DNA of 44,295 bases from Escherichia phage GeorgBuechner: sequence record MZ501070; one strand, 5' to 3'. This document shows positions 9,426 through 20,100 of the stretch, piece after piece. Positions within the stretch are counted from its first letter, which is position 1. Each line of letters opens with the position of its first letter. Below the pieces are notes generated by a model that saw nothing but the letters and a program-made list of their open reading frames with translations, did not search any database and had not been told where the DNA came from. Made by a program: the position numbers and the translations under genes.

Positions 9426-9847
9426 TGAGCAATACTCTAATCCGCAAGGCGCTTAACAGCGTAGTAGAAGAATTATCGGTTAGCCTGAGCACTAGCACGC
9501 GCCCGATAAAGGTTAACTGGGAGAACGTGAGCGGCGACCACGCAAACGGCAGCGGTGTCTACCTGGAACCATATCTGCTTCCGGCCCCTACCCAGTTTGT
9601 GGGCTTCCAGCAGAAGGGCCGGATCTATGCAGGCGTGTATCAGATTGCCGTGGTATTTCCTGCGGGCACGGGCACACAGTATGCGAGCGAACTGGCGGAC
9701 GCCATTGCGACGTCAGACAAGTGGCAGGCCGTAAGGCTTACCGGCGCTGCATTCCAGCTTCAGGACGCGCCATACACCAGTTCAGTGATTGAGGATGTTG
9801 ACCGCGCCCGCATCGTGGTTACAGTGCCCTATTCCTGTTGTGCCTGA
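9425..9847 (+). CDS. Putative tail terminator / tail completion protein
   Basis: 140 aa ORF immediately upstream of major tail protein; ATGA-type overlap with preceding gene. Confidence 0.45.
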   Translation: MSNTLIRKALNSVVEELSVSLSTSTRPIKVNWENVSGDHANGSGVYLEPYLLPAPTQFVGFQQKGRIYAGVYQIAVVFPAGTGTQYASELADAIATSDKWQAVRLTGAAFQLQDAPYTSSVIEDVDRARIVVTVPYSCCA

Positions 9848-9908
9848 TTTGGCGCAATTCTGCGCGTGCTGTATCATTAAACCGTATATCTAAACAGGAG
9901 CGTTCATT

Positions 9909-10634
9909 ATGGGTTATCAACTTCCTAACGGGTCCAGCGTGCAGATCGGATCCGTATTGGGTGCAGGCATCGCAGTTACGGCAGCGACCAACGCCGCGGC
10001 GTCAATCTCCGATCTTACGAAAGGCTGCGTTATTACCTGTGCGGCTTCGCATGGTCTGGTTGTTGGCGACGTTGTTATGTTCACTAAAACCCCGTGGGTC
10101 CGAGCGCTGAAACGCGCCTTTATCGTGGGTAAAGTAGCCGAGAACGACGTGACGCTGGCGCGCTTCGATACTCAAGACGTAACCAAATACCCGACCGGTG
10201 CTTTCGGCGTAGGAACACCGGGTGAGGTGGTGAAGGTGTCGAGCTTTATCGACTTCCCGTTTATCACTAACGTTGGTGTGTCGGGTGGCGACCAGCAGAC
10301 CACCACCTTCCAGCCGTTGCAGGTGAATGCCGCGATCAGTCTGAACACCACGAAAAACCCGTTGGTCCAGACCTACACTTTCACCCACGACGAAGAAGAC
10401 CCGATCCGCCCGATTCTGGAAGACCTGGACGACACACAGAAAACCACTGTGATTAAGTTCACCAACCCGGCAGCGGCAAGCGGCAAAGGTGAGATCCGCA
10501 TTTACCCGGCTAAGGTGACTTTCCAGAAGATTCCGTCCGCTGAAGTAAACAACGTGGAAACAGTACAAGCCACTCTGACCTTGCAGTCTGATATGGTTAT
10601 CTACCGTAAGGATCTGGTCGAGGAATTGTCTTGA
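9909..10634 (+). CDS. Major tail (tube) protein
   Basis: 241 aa ORF preceding tail assembly chaperones and tape measure; followed by terminator. Confidence 0.75.
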   Translation: MGYQLPNGSSVQIGSVLGAGIAVTAATNAAASISDLTKGCVITCAASHGLVVGDVVMFTKTPWVRALKRAFIVGKVAENDVTLARFDTQDVTKYPTGAFGVGTPGEVVKVSSFIDFPFITNVGVSGGDQQTTTFQPLQVNAAISLNTTKNPLVQTYTFTHDEEDPIRPILEDLDDTQKTTVIKFTNPAAASGKGEIRIYPAKVTFQKIPSAEVNNVETVQATLTLQSDMVIYRKDLVEELS

Positions 10635-10664
10635 TTTGGTCGCTTAAATAGCGAGTGTTAATAT

Positions 10665-10688
10665 GGGGCCAGCACGGCCCCTTTTTTA
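10665..10688 (+). terminator. Rho-independent terminator after major tail gene
   Basis: GGGGCC-agcac-GGCCCC followed by TTTTTT. Confidence 0.7.
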
Positions 10689-10703
10689 TTGGAGAATACT
10701 ACA

Positions 10704-11066
10704 ATGGCTAAAGCACCACTCTTCACACTTGACCCTAAGCCAACCTTTAAGCTGCCGATTGAGATCCCGCGCCCTGGCGAGAACGAACCGGGCAAGATGA
10801 CGTTTACCGTCCGCCACCGCCCGATCGACGAATTTTCGCAAACCATGCAGGAAACTGAACGAAAGCTATCGGAATATGACGACAATGACCCGGACGGCTT
10901 TAACGTTATGGTCGAGGCCATCATGCACGTCGCAGAAGGCTGGAATCTGCCGGACGAATTTAACGCGGAGAACGTCCGCCGCCTGGTGGTCAACTATCCA
11001 CGCGCGTTCGGTGTGTTCCACACGTCGTACTATCTCGAACTGATGGGGTTGCGTGAAAAAAACTAA
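10704..11066 (+). CDS. Tail assembly chaperone (gpG-like), zero-frame product
   Basis: 120 aa from ATG 10704 with SD GGAG; acidic; ends at TAA 11064-11066 just after an A AAA AAC slippery heptamer. Confidence 0.7.
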   Translation: MAKAPLFTLDPKPTFKLPIEIPRPGENEPGKMTFTVRHRPIDEFSQTMQETERKLSEYDDNDPDGFNVMVEAIMHVAEGWNLPDEFNAENVRRLVVNYPRAFGVFHTSYYLELMGLREKN

Positions 11067-11383
11067 TTGAGGCGGCGCGACGCTTTTATGGCCCGCCGCC
11101 ACCCTCCGAAGATTTAGCCGCAAGTTTATGGGGTGCGGCCCCCGAAGATGTTTGTCCGCCTGTTGCGCTGTGGCCTGACAACGCGAAGGTAGTCGCAGTC
11201 TTCACAGATTGCTCCACGCAATGGCGCACCGGATTTGGTGGCGCATACGGCATAGACTACGGCGTGCTGGAGTGGCTATTTAAGATGCACGGTATCGAAA
11301 ACGAGCAGCGTGCGTTTAGAGATATCAAGCTAATGGAGCGAATCGCGCTTGATGAAATGGCGCAGCAGAACCCCGCACAATGA
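10704..11383 (+). CDS. Tail assembly chaperone frameshift product (gpGT-like), -1 programmed ribosomal frameshift at 11057-11063
   Basis: -1 frame is open from the slippery site A_AAA_AAC to TGA 11381-11383 (about 107 further codons, KKLIEAARRFYGPPPPSEDL...); conserved arrangement upstream of tape measure genes. Confidence 0.6.
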
Positions 11384-11384
11384 A

Positions 11385-11418
11385 GCGGGACAAAACGGGA
11401 CGTCCCGTTTTGTCCCGC
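11385..11418. repeat. 34 bp perfect palindrome GCGGGACAAAACGGGAC|GTCCCGTTTTGTCCCGC
   Basis: Read directly from sequence; an imperfect second copy lies at about 11462-11498; each is followed by a TGCATACCTAYTCA...TGCATAAACT segment. Confidence 0.8.
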
Positions 11419-11527
11419 ACCTGCAAAACTGCATACCTACTCACTCCCATTGCATAAACTCAAAACGGGACAAGCGGGACGTCCCGTTTTGTCCCGCCCT
11501 GTAAATGTGCATACCTATTCAGATTTC

Positions 11528-11702
11528 GTGCATAAACTAGGCGGGACAAAAAGCGGGACAGACAAGGGGCGGGACAAAGCGGGACAGCACCCCGTCCCCG
11601 CCAGTGCTGCCGCGGGTTTCAGCCGATCGGGACAAGCGGGACAAACCCCAGTCTTTCAGACTAGACGGGGGTCAACGGCCCCCCTCGTCTGAGACTGAAT
11701 AA
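11528..11702. repeat. Copy A of a duplicated ~175 bp non-coding element: GCGGGACA iterons plus terminal imperfect hairpin
   Basis: GCGGGACA boxes at irregular 10-16 bp spacing, then CCCAGTCTTTCAGACTAGACGGGGGTCAACGGCCCCCCTCGTCTGAGACTGAATAA; near-identical to 38938..39112. Confidence 0.8.
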
Positions 11703-11765
11703 GATTCGTTTTAAAATCGCTGATACAATGTCAATCGGCAACTGCATAAAAAAGGGGACTGCATA

Positions 11766-14408
11766 ATGGCAGATCAAGCAGCAGGCATCACGCTAAAGGT
11801 CGATGCCTCACAAGTCAGAACGGCTAATACAGCGCTGGACTCGTTCGCACAGAAGTCAGAGACTACGGAATGGAAAGCTAAAAAATTAAACGACACACTC
11901 GGCAACACGAAAAAGGTGACGGGTGATGCAGCAGGTGGGATGGGGAAGTTAGCGAACGAATCGCAACGCGCCGCCGATGGCATGACGAAACAGGAGCGAC
12001 TCGCCAACCGGTTGGGCATGTCGACCAAAAACCTGGGCTTTGCCTCGCGTAACGCCGCATTCCAGTTACAGGATATCGCGGTTACGCTTGAGATGGGGAT
12101 GCCGGTGCACCGCGTCATGCTTCAGCAGCTACCGCAGCTTACCGGCGCATTCGGCGGCCTGGGTAACACGCTGCGTTATGTTGTCGGGTCCGTCGGCCCG
12201 CTAGGACTCGGCATTGCTGCCTTGACGGCAACGCTAGGCGTAGGGGTGGCTATTACGTCCCGCGCAGAGAACCAGGTCGCAGCGCTTAACAAGACGCTTG
12301 CGCTGTCGGGTAACATTTCCGGCCTCACTGCAAACCAGATCCTGGTGCTATCCGAGAACGCCGAGCGCATGGGCGGGTCGTTCCGTAAGACGCGTGACAC
12401 AATCCAGGCACTGGCGGCGGCGGGTGTGAAAGCGGGTGCTGACTTCGGCGCGCTGGCGAAGGTTGTGAATGACTTCGCGAAGGCGTCTAATCAGCCGATC
12501 GCGGACGTGGTTGAATCCATCTCTAAATTGTCAAACGACCCAGTGGGCGGACTGCGTGCGCTGGCGGATAAGTATCATGTCGTAACCGAAGCGCAGATCC
12601 AGCAGGTGCAATCGCTTGTAAATATGGGGCGTGAAACGGACGCGGTTGCTCTGGCTAACAAAACCGCCGCGGCGTCGTTCGCCAGCATGACCAACGATGT
12701 AAAGGCCAACATGGGTACGCTTGAGCGGTCGATGAACGTCGTTACATCAGCAGCTAAATCTATGTGGGACGCCATCCTGGATGTGGGCCGCGCGCAGTCC
12801 TCGAATGAGTCCGAGATGAAAGCGCGTGAGTCCTTGCAGCGCATGACCACGGCTTACTATGCCGAGATGAGAGCGGTAAACGCTGCCGGTGGGGTGATGA
12901 CCGAAGCGCAGAAAGCGCGTATTAACATGCTTTACAGCGAACTGGTCGCACAGGAAAAGGTGGTGGCGTCGCTCACCCTGCGCAACCGTGCCGAGCGAGA
13001 CAACGCAAGTGCCGCGGACGAAGCAGCAAAGGCGAACGAGGAGGCCAACCGCACCGCCCGCGACCGCGCCGCGTTTGAGAAGGAGTACGCAACAAACGCG
13101 AAGAGGCGTGCCGACGAGATCGCCCGCCTCAATTTGCTGAATAAGCGCGGTGTTATTAACGAGAAAGAACTAGCCGAGGCGGTGAAGCAGGTCAACGAGC
13201 GCTACAAAGACCCCGCACCAAAAAAGGCGGCGGCAGTTCGAGTAGATGCCGGGCTGAAAATGCTGGAGGTCGCGCGAAGCGAACTGGCACAGCTTCGAGA
13301 ATCAGGCAAGCAGATCGAAGCCAACGCGTCGACGCAGACCCGAGCGCAACGCGCTCAATCAGCACTTAACAAGCTGATCGCAGATCATGAACAGTTAATC
13401 GCAGCAAGCAAAGAAAGAGCGCTAACGGCAGCGGAAAAGCAGCAAATTGCGGGTTTCGAGGCGGTTAAATCGGTACGCGAGCAGATCGTCGAAGAAGCCA
13501 AATTGCTGGACGAGAAAGAGAAGCAGATCAAGGCACATGCCCAGGTCGAGGCCTTCATCAAGAACCAGAACGCCGAGCTAAAAGCCACCGCGGCGGGCTA
13601 TGCGCTTTCTACTCGCGAAGCGGCTAACCTGCGCGAAGAATTGCAGCTAATTGACCGCCTTCAGCGTGTCGGTGCTAACGATACCGATATCGACAAGGCG
13701 GTGTCTAAGCTGCGTGAAGTTCAGGACGCACAGACCGGCGCTAACGCCTCGTTATGGGATGGATTCAGTCGCGGGCTTAAGGATAGCGTGGATGAAATGG
13801 GTAACGGATATACGCAGATGGCGTCTCTCACGAAATTCACATTCAGCGCTATGCAGGACACGATGAACGAGTTTTTCGAGACTGGCAAGCTGAACGCAAA
13901 GGATATGGTTAAGTCCATCCTGAGCGAATTAATCAAGCTGGCTACCTCGCAGGCGTTCAAGTCCATCGTTAGCGCTTTCGGTGGTGACGGCGGCAAAAAC
14001 GGATTGTTCGGCGCTATCTTCTCTGGCCTTACTAAGAATGCGGACGGCGGAGCGTACGCAGGAGGCAATCTCGCGGCCTATTCGGGGAAAGTGGTAAGCC
14101 AGCCTACCTTTTTCAGTTATGGCGTCCAGGCGTTCGCTAAGGGCGCAGGATTGATGGGTGAGGCCGGACCTGAAGCCATCATGCCACTGAAGCGCGGCCC
14201 GGACGGCAAACTTGGAGTTGCCGCTGCCGGAGGTGTCGGGGGAATGATTGTAACGACCAACGTTAACATGGGGACCGGTAAGACGGATACCAGTGTTAGC
14301 GGACCAGACCCGCGCACCGCTCAGGCGTTCGGAAAGCAAATCACCGAGTCGGTGAAGGCCGAGATCGTGAAGGCGACGAAACCGGGTGGTGTACTTTACA
14401 AACGATGA
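11766..14408 (+). CDS. Tail tape measure protein
   Basis: 880 aa, Ala/Gln/Glu-rich helical repeats, glycine-rich C-terminal region; SD AAGGGGA; followed by tail-tip genes. Confidence 0.9.
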   Translation: MADQAAGITLKVDASQVRTANTALDSFAQKSETTEWKAKKLNDTLGNTKKVTGDAAGGMGKLANESQRAADGMTKQERLANRLGMSTKNLGFASRNAAFQLQDIAVTLEMGMPVHRVMLQQLPQLTGAFGGLGNTLRYVVGSVGPLGLGIAALTATLGVGVAITSRAENQVAALNKTLALSGNISGLTANQILVLSENAERMGGSFRKTRDTIQALAAAGVKAGADFGALAKVVNDFAKASNQPIADVVESISKLSNDPVGGLRALADKYHVVTEAQIQQVQSLVNMGRETDAVALANKTAAASFASMTNDVKANMGTLERSMNVVTSAAKSMWDAILDVGRAQSSNESEMKARESLQRMTTAYYAEMRAVNAAGGVMTEAQKARINMLYSELVAQEKVVASLTLRNRAERDNASAADEAAKANEEANRTARDRAAFEKEYATNAKRRADEIARLNLLNKRGVINEKELAEAVKQVNERYKDPAPKKAAAVRVDAGLKMLEVARSELAQLRESGKQIEANASTQTRAQRAQSALNKLIADHEQLIAASKERALTAAEKQQIAGFEAVKSVREQIVEEAKLLDEKEKQIKAHAQVEAFIKNQNAELKATAAGYALSTREAANLREELQLIDRLQRVGANDTDIDKAVSKLREVQDAQTGANASLWDGFSRGLKDSVDEMGNGYTQMASLTKFTFSAMQDTMNEFFETGKLNAKDMVKSILSELIKLATSQAFKSIVSAFGGDGGKNGLFGAIFSGLTKNADGGAYAGGNLAAYSGKVVSQPTFFSYGVQAFAKGAGLMGEAGPEAIMPLKRGPDGKLGVAAAGGVGGMIVTTNVNMGTGKTDTSVSGPDPRTAQAFGKQITESVKAEIVKATKPGGVLYKR

Positions 14409-14444
14409 TAAAATGGCCCTCACATCCATCGTGGGGGCTTTTTT

Positions 14445-15044
14445 ATGTCACAAGGTACAATCACATTAACTAAGGGGAGTAAGACCGTTACTGGCGCGGG
14501 AACGGCGTTCCTTAGCGAGATCGGGAAGGTACTCGTATTCGCCCGCATCGACGGCAACGACTACACCGGCAAAATTGCGGCATTCAACTCGAACACGGTC
14601 ATTACACTGCAAGATAACTGGTCCGGCCCAACAAAAGCCGGTGCGGTGTATGAGCTAATCGAAGCACACGACCCGCGATCAAACGAATGGCCATACTACT
14701 GGCATATGCAATTGCAAGGCGGCGGAGACGTGCAGTTGGCTTTCCGGTCGGAGGAATTGCAATTTGGTAACGGTTACGGGCAGAACATCGCGGACGGCCC
14801 GAACGCCGAAACTAAACAATTCCCCGTGCAATTCGTCGGACTGACTACCGACAAGTGGTGTAACCCTAAGCTGGTTTACAACTTCCTTCGCGGGCACTTT
14901 GTAAAACCGTTCGTCGTCACCGCGCCGGATGGCGAGACAGGTTTATTCGTGGTCGAGCGTTCGAGCTTGTCGTACACTGACAACGGACACTACACGGCAA
15001 CGGTATCCGCCACCCTCAAGACTGCTATCGGATTTGTAAGATGA
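14445..15044 (+). CDS. Minor tail protein (gpM-like / distal tail protein)
   Basis: 199 aa ORF directly after tape measure in a lambda-like M-L-K-I-J order. Confidence 0.55.
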   Translation: MSQGTITLTKGSKTVTGAGTAFLSEIGKVLVFARIDGNDYTGKIAAFNSNTVITLQDNWSGPTKAGAVYELIEAHDPRSNEWPYYWHMQLQGGGDVQLAFRSEELQFGNGYGQNIADGPNAETKQFPVQFVGLTTDKWCNPKLVYNFLRGHFVKPFVVTAPDGETGLFVVERSSLSYTDNGHYTATVSATLKTAIGFVR

Positions 15045-15829
15045 ATAAATTATATCGTGAGGCGACGCGCTTTGACCCATCGGGTCGCGTTCGCCTGATT
15101 CACATTGACGCGCAGGACGTGGAACCAGGCGACGGTGCGATCGGCGCGGGCCATCACTATTTCCACTACTGCTTTATTCCACACACTGCCGAGGATATTG
15201 CTGCCGCTGGGGGTGACGAGGATAAGCTGAAGCCAAAATCCATCTTCTTCGGCGGGCAGGAGTTCGAATTTTGGCCCTTCGATTTGTCCGGCCTCAACTT
15301 CTCCACATCAACGGCAGCAGAACCGCAGCTGACCATTGTCGATATTGGCGGAATTATCACCCGGCTGTCGCTGAATCACGACCAGCTACTTGGCGCGAAG
15401 GTTGAAATAATCGACACGTTCGCGAAGTTCTTGGATAACGGGTCGGACCCAGACCCGACGCAAAAACGTGTCCAGGAGTATTACATCGACTCACAGGTCG
15501 GGCGCAATCCGGGCAAGCAGATCACCTTTGCACTATCCTCCCCCGCGGATATGGAAGGGCAGGTCGTTCCCCGTCGCCAGATCATGAACATGTGCGAATG
15601 GGCGCTCAATGGGAAGTACGCCAGCGGGGACGGTTGCACATGGAACCTTGCACAGCCGGGCATCAAGTATTACGACGAACGCGGAAACGAAGTCATCGCA
15701 ATGAATATGGACCGATGCGGAGGCTGTCTATCAGACTGCTATCTTCGTTTTGGGCAAGGGCTTGCGGACCCTAAAGCTGCGGTGCTGGACTTCGGTGGTT
15801 TTCCTGGGTCCAAATTAATCAAGGGGTAG
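15041..15829 (+). CDS. Minor tail protein L-like
   Basis: 262 aa; C-terminal cysteine cluster (CEW...C..C..C) as in gpL-type proteins; gene order. Confidence 0.7.
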   Translation: MNKLYREATRFDPSGRVRLIHIDAQDVEPGDGAIGAGHHYFHYCFIPHTAEDIAAAGGDEDKLKPKSIFFGGQEFEFWPFDLSGLNFSTSTAAEPQLTIVDIGGIITRLSLNHDQLLGAKVEIIDTFAKFLDNGSDPDPTQKRVQEYYIDSQVGRNPGKQITFALSSPADMEGQVVPRRQIMNMCEWALNGKYASGDGCTWNLAQPGIKYYDERGNEVIAMNMDRCGGCLSDCYLRFGQGLADPKAAVLDFGGFPGSKLIKG

Positions 15830-15831
15830 CC

Positions 15832-16572
15832 ATGTTAACGAAAAAGGTTAAAAGCGATATCGCCGCGCACGTTGCGGCATGTCTGCCCGAAGAAGCCTGT
15901 GGCCTGGTCGTCATGGTTGGTCGTAAGCAAGTATTCGTCCCGTGCCCGAACGTATTCGAAGACCCGACCGGCGTGCGCTCACGCAAAGACGCGTTCACGA
16001 TTAGTGATATGGCCTGGATGGACGCCGAGGATATGGGCGACGTCGTGCGAGTAGTCCACTCGCATCCAGGCCAGCGAGAGCTAACCCCGTCATTGGGCGA
16101 CGTTAATGGGTGCAACGGCAGCGGCGTAGTCTGGACCATCACTAACGAATATGGCGACTTTATCGAGATCGACCCGGAAGACCCGCCGCTGGTAGGCCGC
16201 CGATTTGTTCTCGGAATTACGGATTGTTACGGCCTCGTCATGGACTGGCACAAAAAGCAGGGGGTAAACCTGCCAGACTTCCGCGTGCCGTATAACTGGT
16301 GGGAGACAGGCGAAAATCTGTACATGGATAATTGGTACGGCGCGGGCTTCAGGGAGTGTGAGGAAAATACGCCGGGGGCAATGGTAATTATGCAAATCAG
16401 CGCGCCAGTACCGAACCATGCCGGGATATTCCTTCCGGGCAACCAACTACTACACCATATCTACGGCAGCCTGTCGAGCGTGATACCCTTCCGGGCAGGA
16501 TTTTTCCGCGACAATGTGGTTAAATGGGTGCGTCATAAAGACCTACCGGGGAATATCACAGAATGGCAATGA
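15832..16572 (+). CDS. Tail assembly protein K-like (MPN/JAMM plus NlpC/P60 domains)
   Basis: 246 aa; HSHPGQRELTPSLGD (JAMM-like H-x-H...S..D) and downstream Cys/His segment; gene order. Confidence 0.8.
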   Translation: MLTKKVKSDIAAHVAACLPEEACGLVVMVGRKQVFVPCPNVFEDPTGVRSRKDAFTISDMAWMDAEDMGDVVRVVHSHPGQRELTPSLGDVNGCNGSGVVWTITNEYGDFIEIDPEDPPLVGRRFVLGITDCYGLVMDWHKKQGVNLPDFRVPYNWWETGENLYMDNWYGAGFRECEENTPGAMVIMQISAPVPNHAGIFLPGNQLLHHIYGSLSSVIPFRAGFFRDNVVKWVRHKDLPGNITEWQ

Positions 16573-17180
16573 CCACGTTTAAATTGTACGGCGTCTTAGG
16601 GCGTCGTTTTGGTAAAGTGCATAAGCTGGACTGCTTCACACCGGGCGAAGGAATCACCGGCTTGTGTGTGAAGTTGCCAGGGTTACAAGACTTTTTAATG
16701 TCAGCCCACCTGGACAACATGATGTTCAAAGTGCGCAAGGGCAATCACACCATGACCGGCTACGATGAGCTGGGCGAGTTCCACGGCGACCGCGTAGTGA
16801 CCATCGCGCCGGTTATGACGGGCGCAAAAAGCGGACTGGGCCAATTGCTGGCGGGTGTAGCGATCGTGGTGGCGTCGTTCTATACCGGAGGGCTTGCGAC
16901 TGCCGCTTTCGGAGCTTCAGCGGCGACCGCGGCCTCTATCGGCGCAGCGACGTTTTCGTTCGGGATGTCGATGGCGCTGGGTGGCGTTATGCAATTGTTA
17001 TCACCGCAACCGAAAGGATTGCAGACACGGCAGGACGTGGATAACAAGGCGTCGTACGCGTTCGGCGGGCCGGTGAACACAACCGCGCAAGGCACGGCAC
17101 TTGGTGTATTATGGGGCGAGCGTGAGATCGGCGGCGCTATTATTTCCGCCGGAATCGTAACCGAGGACTTGAACGAATGA
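16563..17180 (+). CDS. Tail assembly protein I-like
   Basis: 205 aa; hydrophobic Gly/Ala-rich C-terminal half; immediately upstream of the J-like gene. Confidence 0.7.
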   Translation: MAMTTFKLYGVLGRRFGKVHKLDCFTPGEGITGLCVKLPGLQDFLMSAHLDNMMFKVRKGNHTMTGYDELGEFHGDRVVTIAPVMTGAKSGLGQLLAGVAIVVASFYTGGLATAAFGASAATAASIGAATFSFGMSMALGGVMQLLSPQPKGLQTRQDVDNKASYAFGGPVNTTAQGTALGVLWGEREIGGAIISAGIVTEDLNE

Positions 17181-20100
17181 CGATTATCTACGACGTCACG
17201 GGCCATAAAGGCGGCGGCGGAAAACAGCACACCCCACAGGAGACGCCAGACAGCCTGCATTCGCTGGCTAAAATCCGCATCTTGCTCGCACTGGGCGAAG
17301 GGGAATTCGAAAGTATTACCAGCGCAAGCGAATTACGGCAGCGCGTATATCTGGACGGCACGCCGATCCAGAACGCCGATCTGTCGGAAAACTTCCCCGG
17401 CGCGCGCGTGGAGTTCCGCCCCGGCACACAACACCAGGACGTGATCCACGGATTTTCAGCGGTGGAAAGTGAACAATCTGTCGGCGTAAAACTGGAAAAC
17501 GGCACGCCGTGGGTGCGCCAGATTAATGACACCAGTCTTGACGCCGTGCGCATTCGAATCGGCATTCCGGCCCTATACACTAACGAAGATAATGGCGACC
17601 TGGTGGGCGGGCGCATCGACTATAAGATCGTTGTGTATACGGATAACGCCGACCCGCGTGAGTTCAGATTCGCCGCCGTTGGTAAAACAATGTCGCTATA
17701 TGAGCGCGACCACCGCATCGAATTACCGCCGAACGTGAATACCGGCTGGCGAGTGGAGGTGCACCGCATAACGGCAGACTCCACATCGGCGAAAGTGGTT
17801 AATGATATCCGGGTGCAATCCATCACTGAGATTATCGACGCCCGCCTGCGATACCCGCTAACCGCGCTGTTGTTTGTGGAGTTCGACGCCAAAGCGTTCC
17901 AGAACATCCCGCGCGTGTCCATCAAGTGCAAAGGCCGCAAAGTTCTAATACCGAACAACTACGACCCGATTAATCATACCTATTCCGGGGACTGGGACGG
18001 CACGTTTAAACGCGCATGGACGGATAACCCCGCGTGGCACTGGTACGATATTTGTATTACTGAGCGCTTCGGCCTCGGTCGGCGTATCAAACCGCAAATG
18101 TTAAACCGGTACGCGCTCTACCAGATTGCGCAGCGCTGCGATCAGTTGGTCAGCGACGGCAACGGTGGTCGAGAAATCCGCTTTAAGAATGATATGTACA
18201 TTCAATCACAGACGGATGCCTGGACCGTGCTTAAGGATTTAGCCGCTATCTTTGCCGGTATGACCTGGTGGGGAAATCAGATGTTGAATATCGTCAGTGA
18301 CCAGCCGGTCGCAGCGGTATCGCACACCATCACCAACGCCTCGGTCATTGATGGTCGATTCGACTACGCGTCCGGTAGCCAGAAAACTCGGTATTCCACA
18401 TTCGCGGTAGCATACGGCAACCCGAAGAACCACTATGAAGATGCCATTGCTACGGGGCAGCGTGTCGAACTGGTACGCCGCCATAAGATTAACCGTCTGG
18501 ATATAACGGCGATCGGCTGTACGCGTGAGTCAGAAGCGCAACGACGTGGGCACTGGGCGCTAATCTCCAACCAGCTTGACCAGCAAGTTAGCTTTAAGGT
18601 TGGCATGGAAGGGCTATTTTTTATTCCGGGTAGCGTAGTCGCGATCGCGGATACAAACATTTCTGGCGGCTTCGAGACACGCGGCGGTCGCCTGTTGTCG
18701 GACCCTGGCACGCGTACCGTGCTTAACACGGACAGCGAAATCACGTTCCGCCTTGGTGATAAATTCCTGGTACGCACCGATAGCGGTAATGTGGAGACCC
18801 GCGAGATCGCCAGCGTCAACGGCAACAAGGTTACGCTAAAAACCGCACTGGACGCCGACCCGATTCCGGACCAGCCGTTTTGCGTTGATGGTGACGATAT
18901 CCAGTTGCAGAAGTTCCGCATTACCGACCTGGAATATGACGACTCTACCAGCACTTTTTCAGTGCGCGGGATCGAGTACAACGATAGCAAATATGATGCC
19001 GTTGATAATGGCGCTCGCCTTGATCCGGGCATCTTTACTCAAGTGCCTGACGGCGTAATGAAGGGGCCGGAGTCCGTGACCATCACCCCGTCGCAGATTT
19101 CATCGCAAGGCCAGCTAATCACCAACGTGGATATTGTATTCCCGCCGGTGAAGGATGCCGTGGTGTATGAAATCCAGTGGCGACGTACCAGCTTGCAGAA
19201 TATGGCGGTCCAGTGGGGAAACGACTGGGTAAACATCCCCCGTACGGCTTCGAACGGCGCGCACATCCCTAACGTGTTCTCCGGTAACTACCAAGCACGC
19301 GTCCGCGCAATCGGTATGGGCGAGATTTCGTCCCCGTGGGTATCGTCCGCTATCACGCCGGTGGAAGGTCGTCTCGGCGGGCTTAACGCGCCTATCATCA
19401 CCAACGCGATTTCGGGCCTCCATCAAATTTTGTGGAAGTGGAACCATAACAACGCCGCGACGGATATTTCGTACACCGAGCTTGAGGTCCGCAAGACGGG
19501 CGAAACGGAATGGAAGTTCTTAACCAACGTCCCATATCCGGGGGCGGAGTATGCGCAAACGTCGCTGGAGTTCGGCATCTACCAGCAGTTGCGCGCCCGC
19601 GTAGCGGATAAAATCGGCAACCTGTCGGACTGGTCCGCCCCGTTTGAAGGCCAGGTGAGTGACAAAGTCGACGAATACATGAAGGGGCTTGATGACGAGT
19701 TCTTGACTTCCGAGGACGGTAAACGCTTCCAGGAAGCGATCGACACCATGCCGCAAGGCATTTATGAGTCTATGCTCACCGACGCACAGCAATTATTTAA
19801 CGCCCGCGCCGAGTACAAGGGGATTTATGCAGAAATCTCGGTCGCGTATAACGTGGCGGCAGATGCCCACCAGGCGGTAGCGCAACTGGAAACGTTGATC
19901 GGTACTCGCCTTGACGATGCTGAAGCGGCAATCCACACGTTGCAGACGGCGCAAAGCACGCATGAACAAGCGTTCGCCCAGTACCAGCAAACTGTTGCCG
20001 CTAAGTTCGGGGAGCAGGAAGCCGCCATCCAGCAGGTACAAACGGCAACGGCAGACGTAGCGGGCGCGCTGGCTGAGTACAAGACCCAGGTTGCGGCGCA

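Noticed and set aside
11541-11600. Short repeated GCGGGACA units considered as a possible CRISPR array
   Set aside because: The units are only 8 bp, irregularly spaced, with no spacer structure and no cas genes; they are interpreted as protein-binding iterons.
11450-11692. 80 aa ORF (TTG start) across iteron copy A, with a counterpart 38848..39102 across copy B
   Set aside because: No SD; both lie entirely within the palindrome/iteron repeats; the two copies diverge in their central 40 bp in a way that changes the peptide, indicating selection on DNA sequence rather than protein.
12932-13195. Numerous 60-200 aa ORFs antisense or out of frame within the tape measure, J-like, polymerase, primase and fibre genes (for example 12932..13195, 19793..20155, 22044..22937, 31271..32272)
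   Set aside because: They lie wholly inside long, well-supported genes, lack SDs and have low-complexity composition typical of spurious frames in GC-rich coding DNA.
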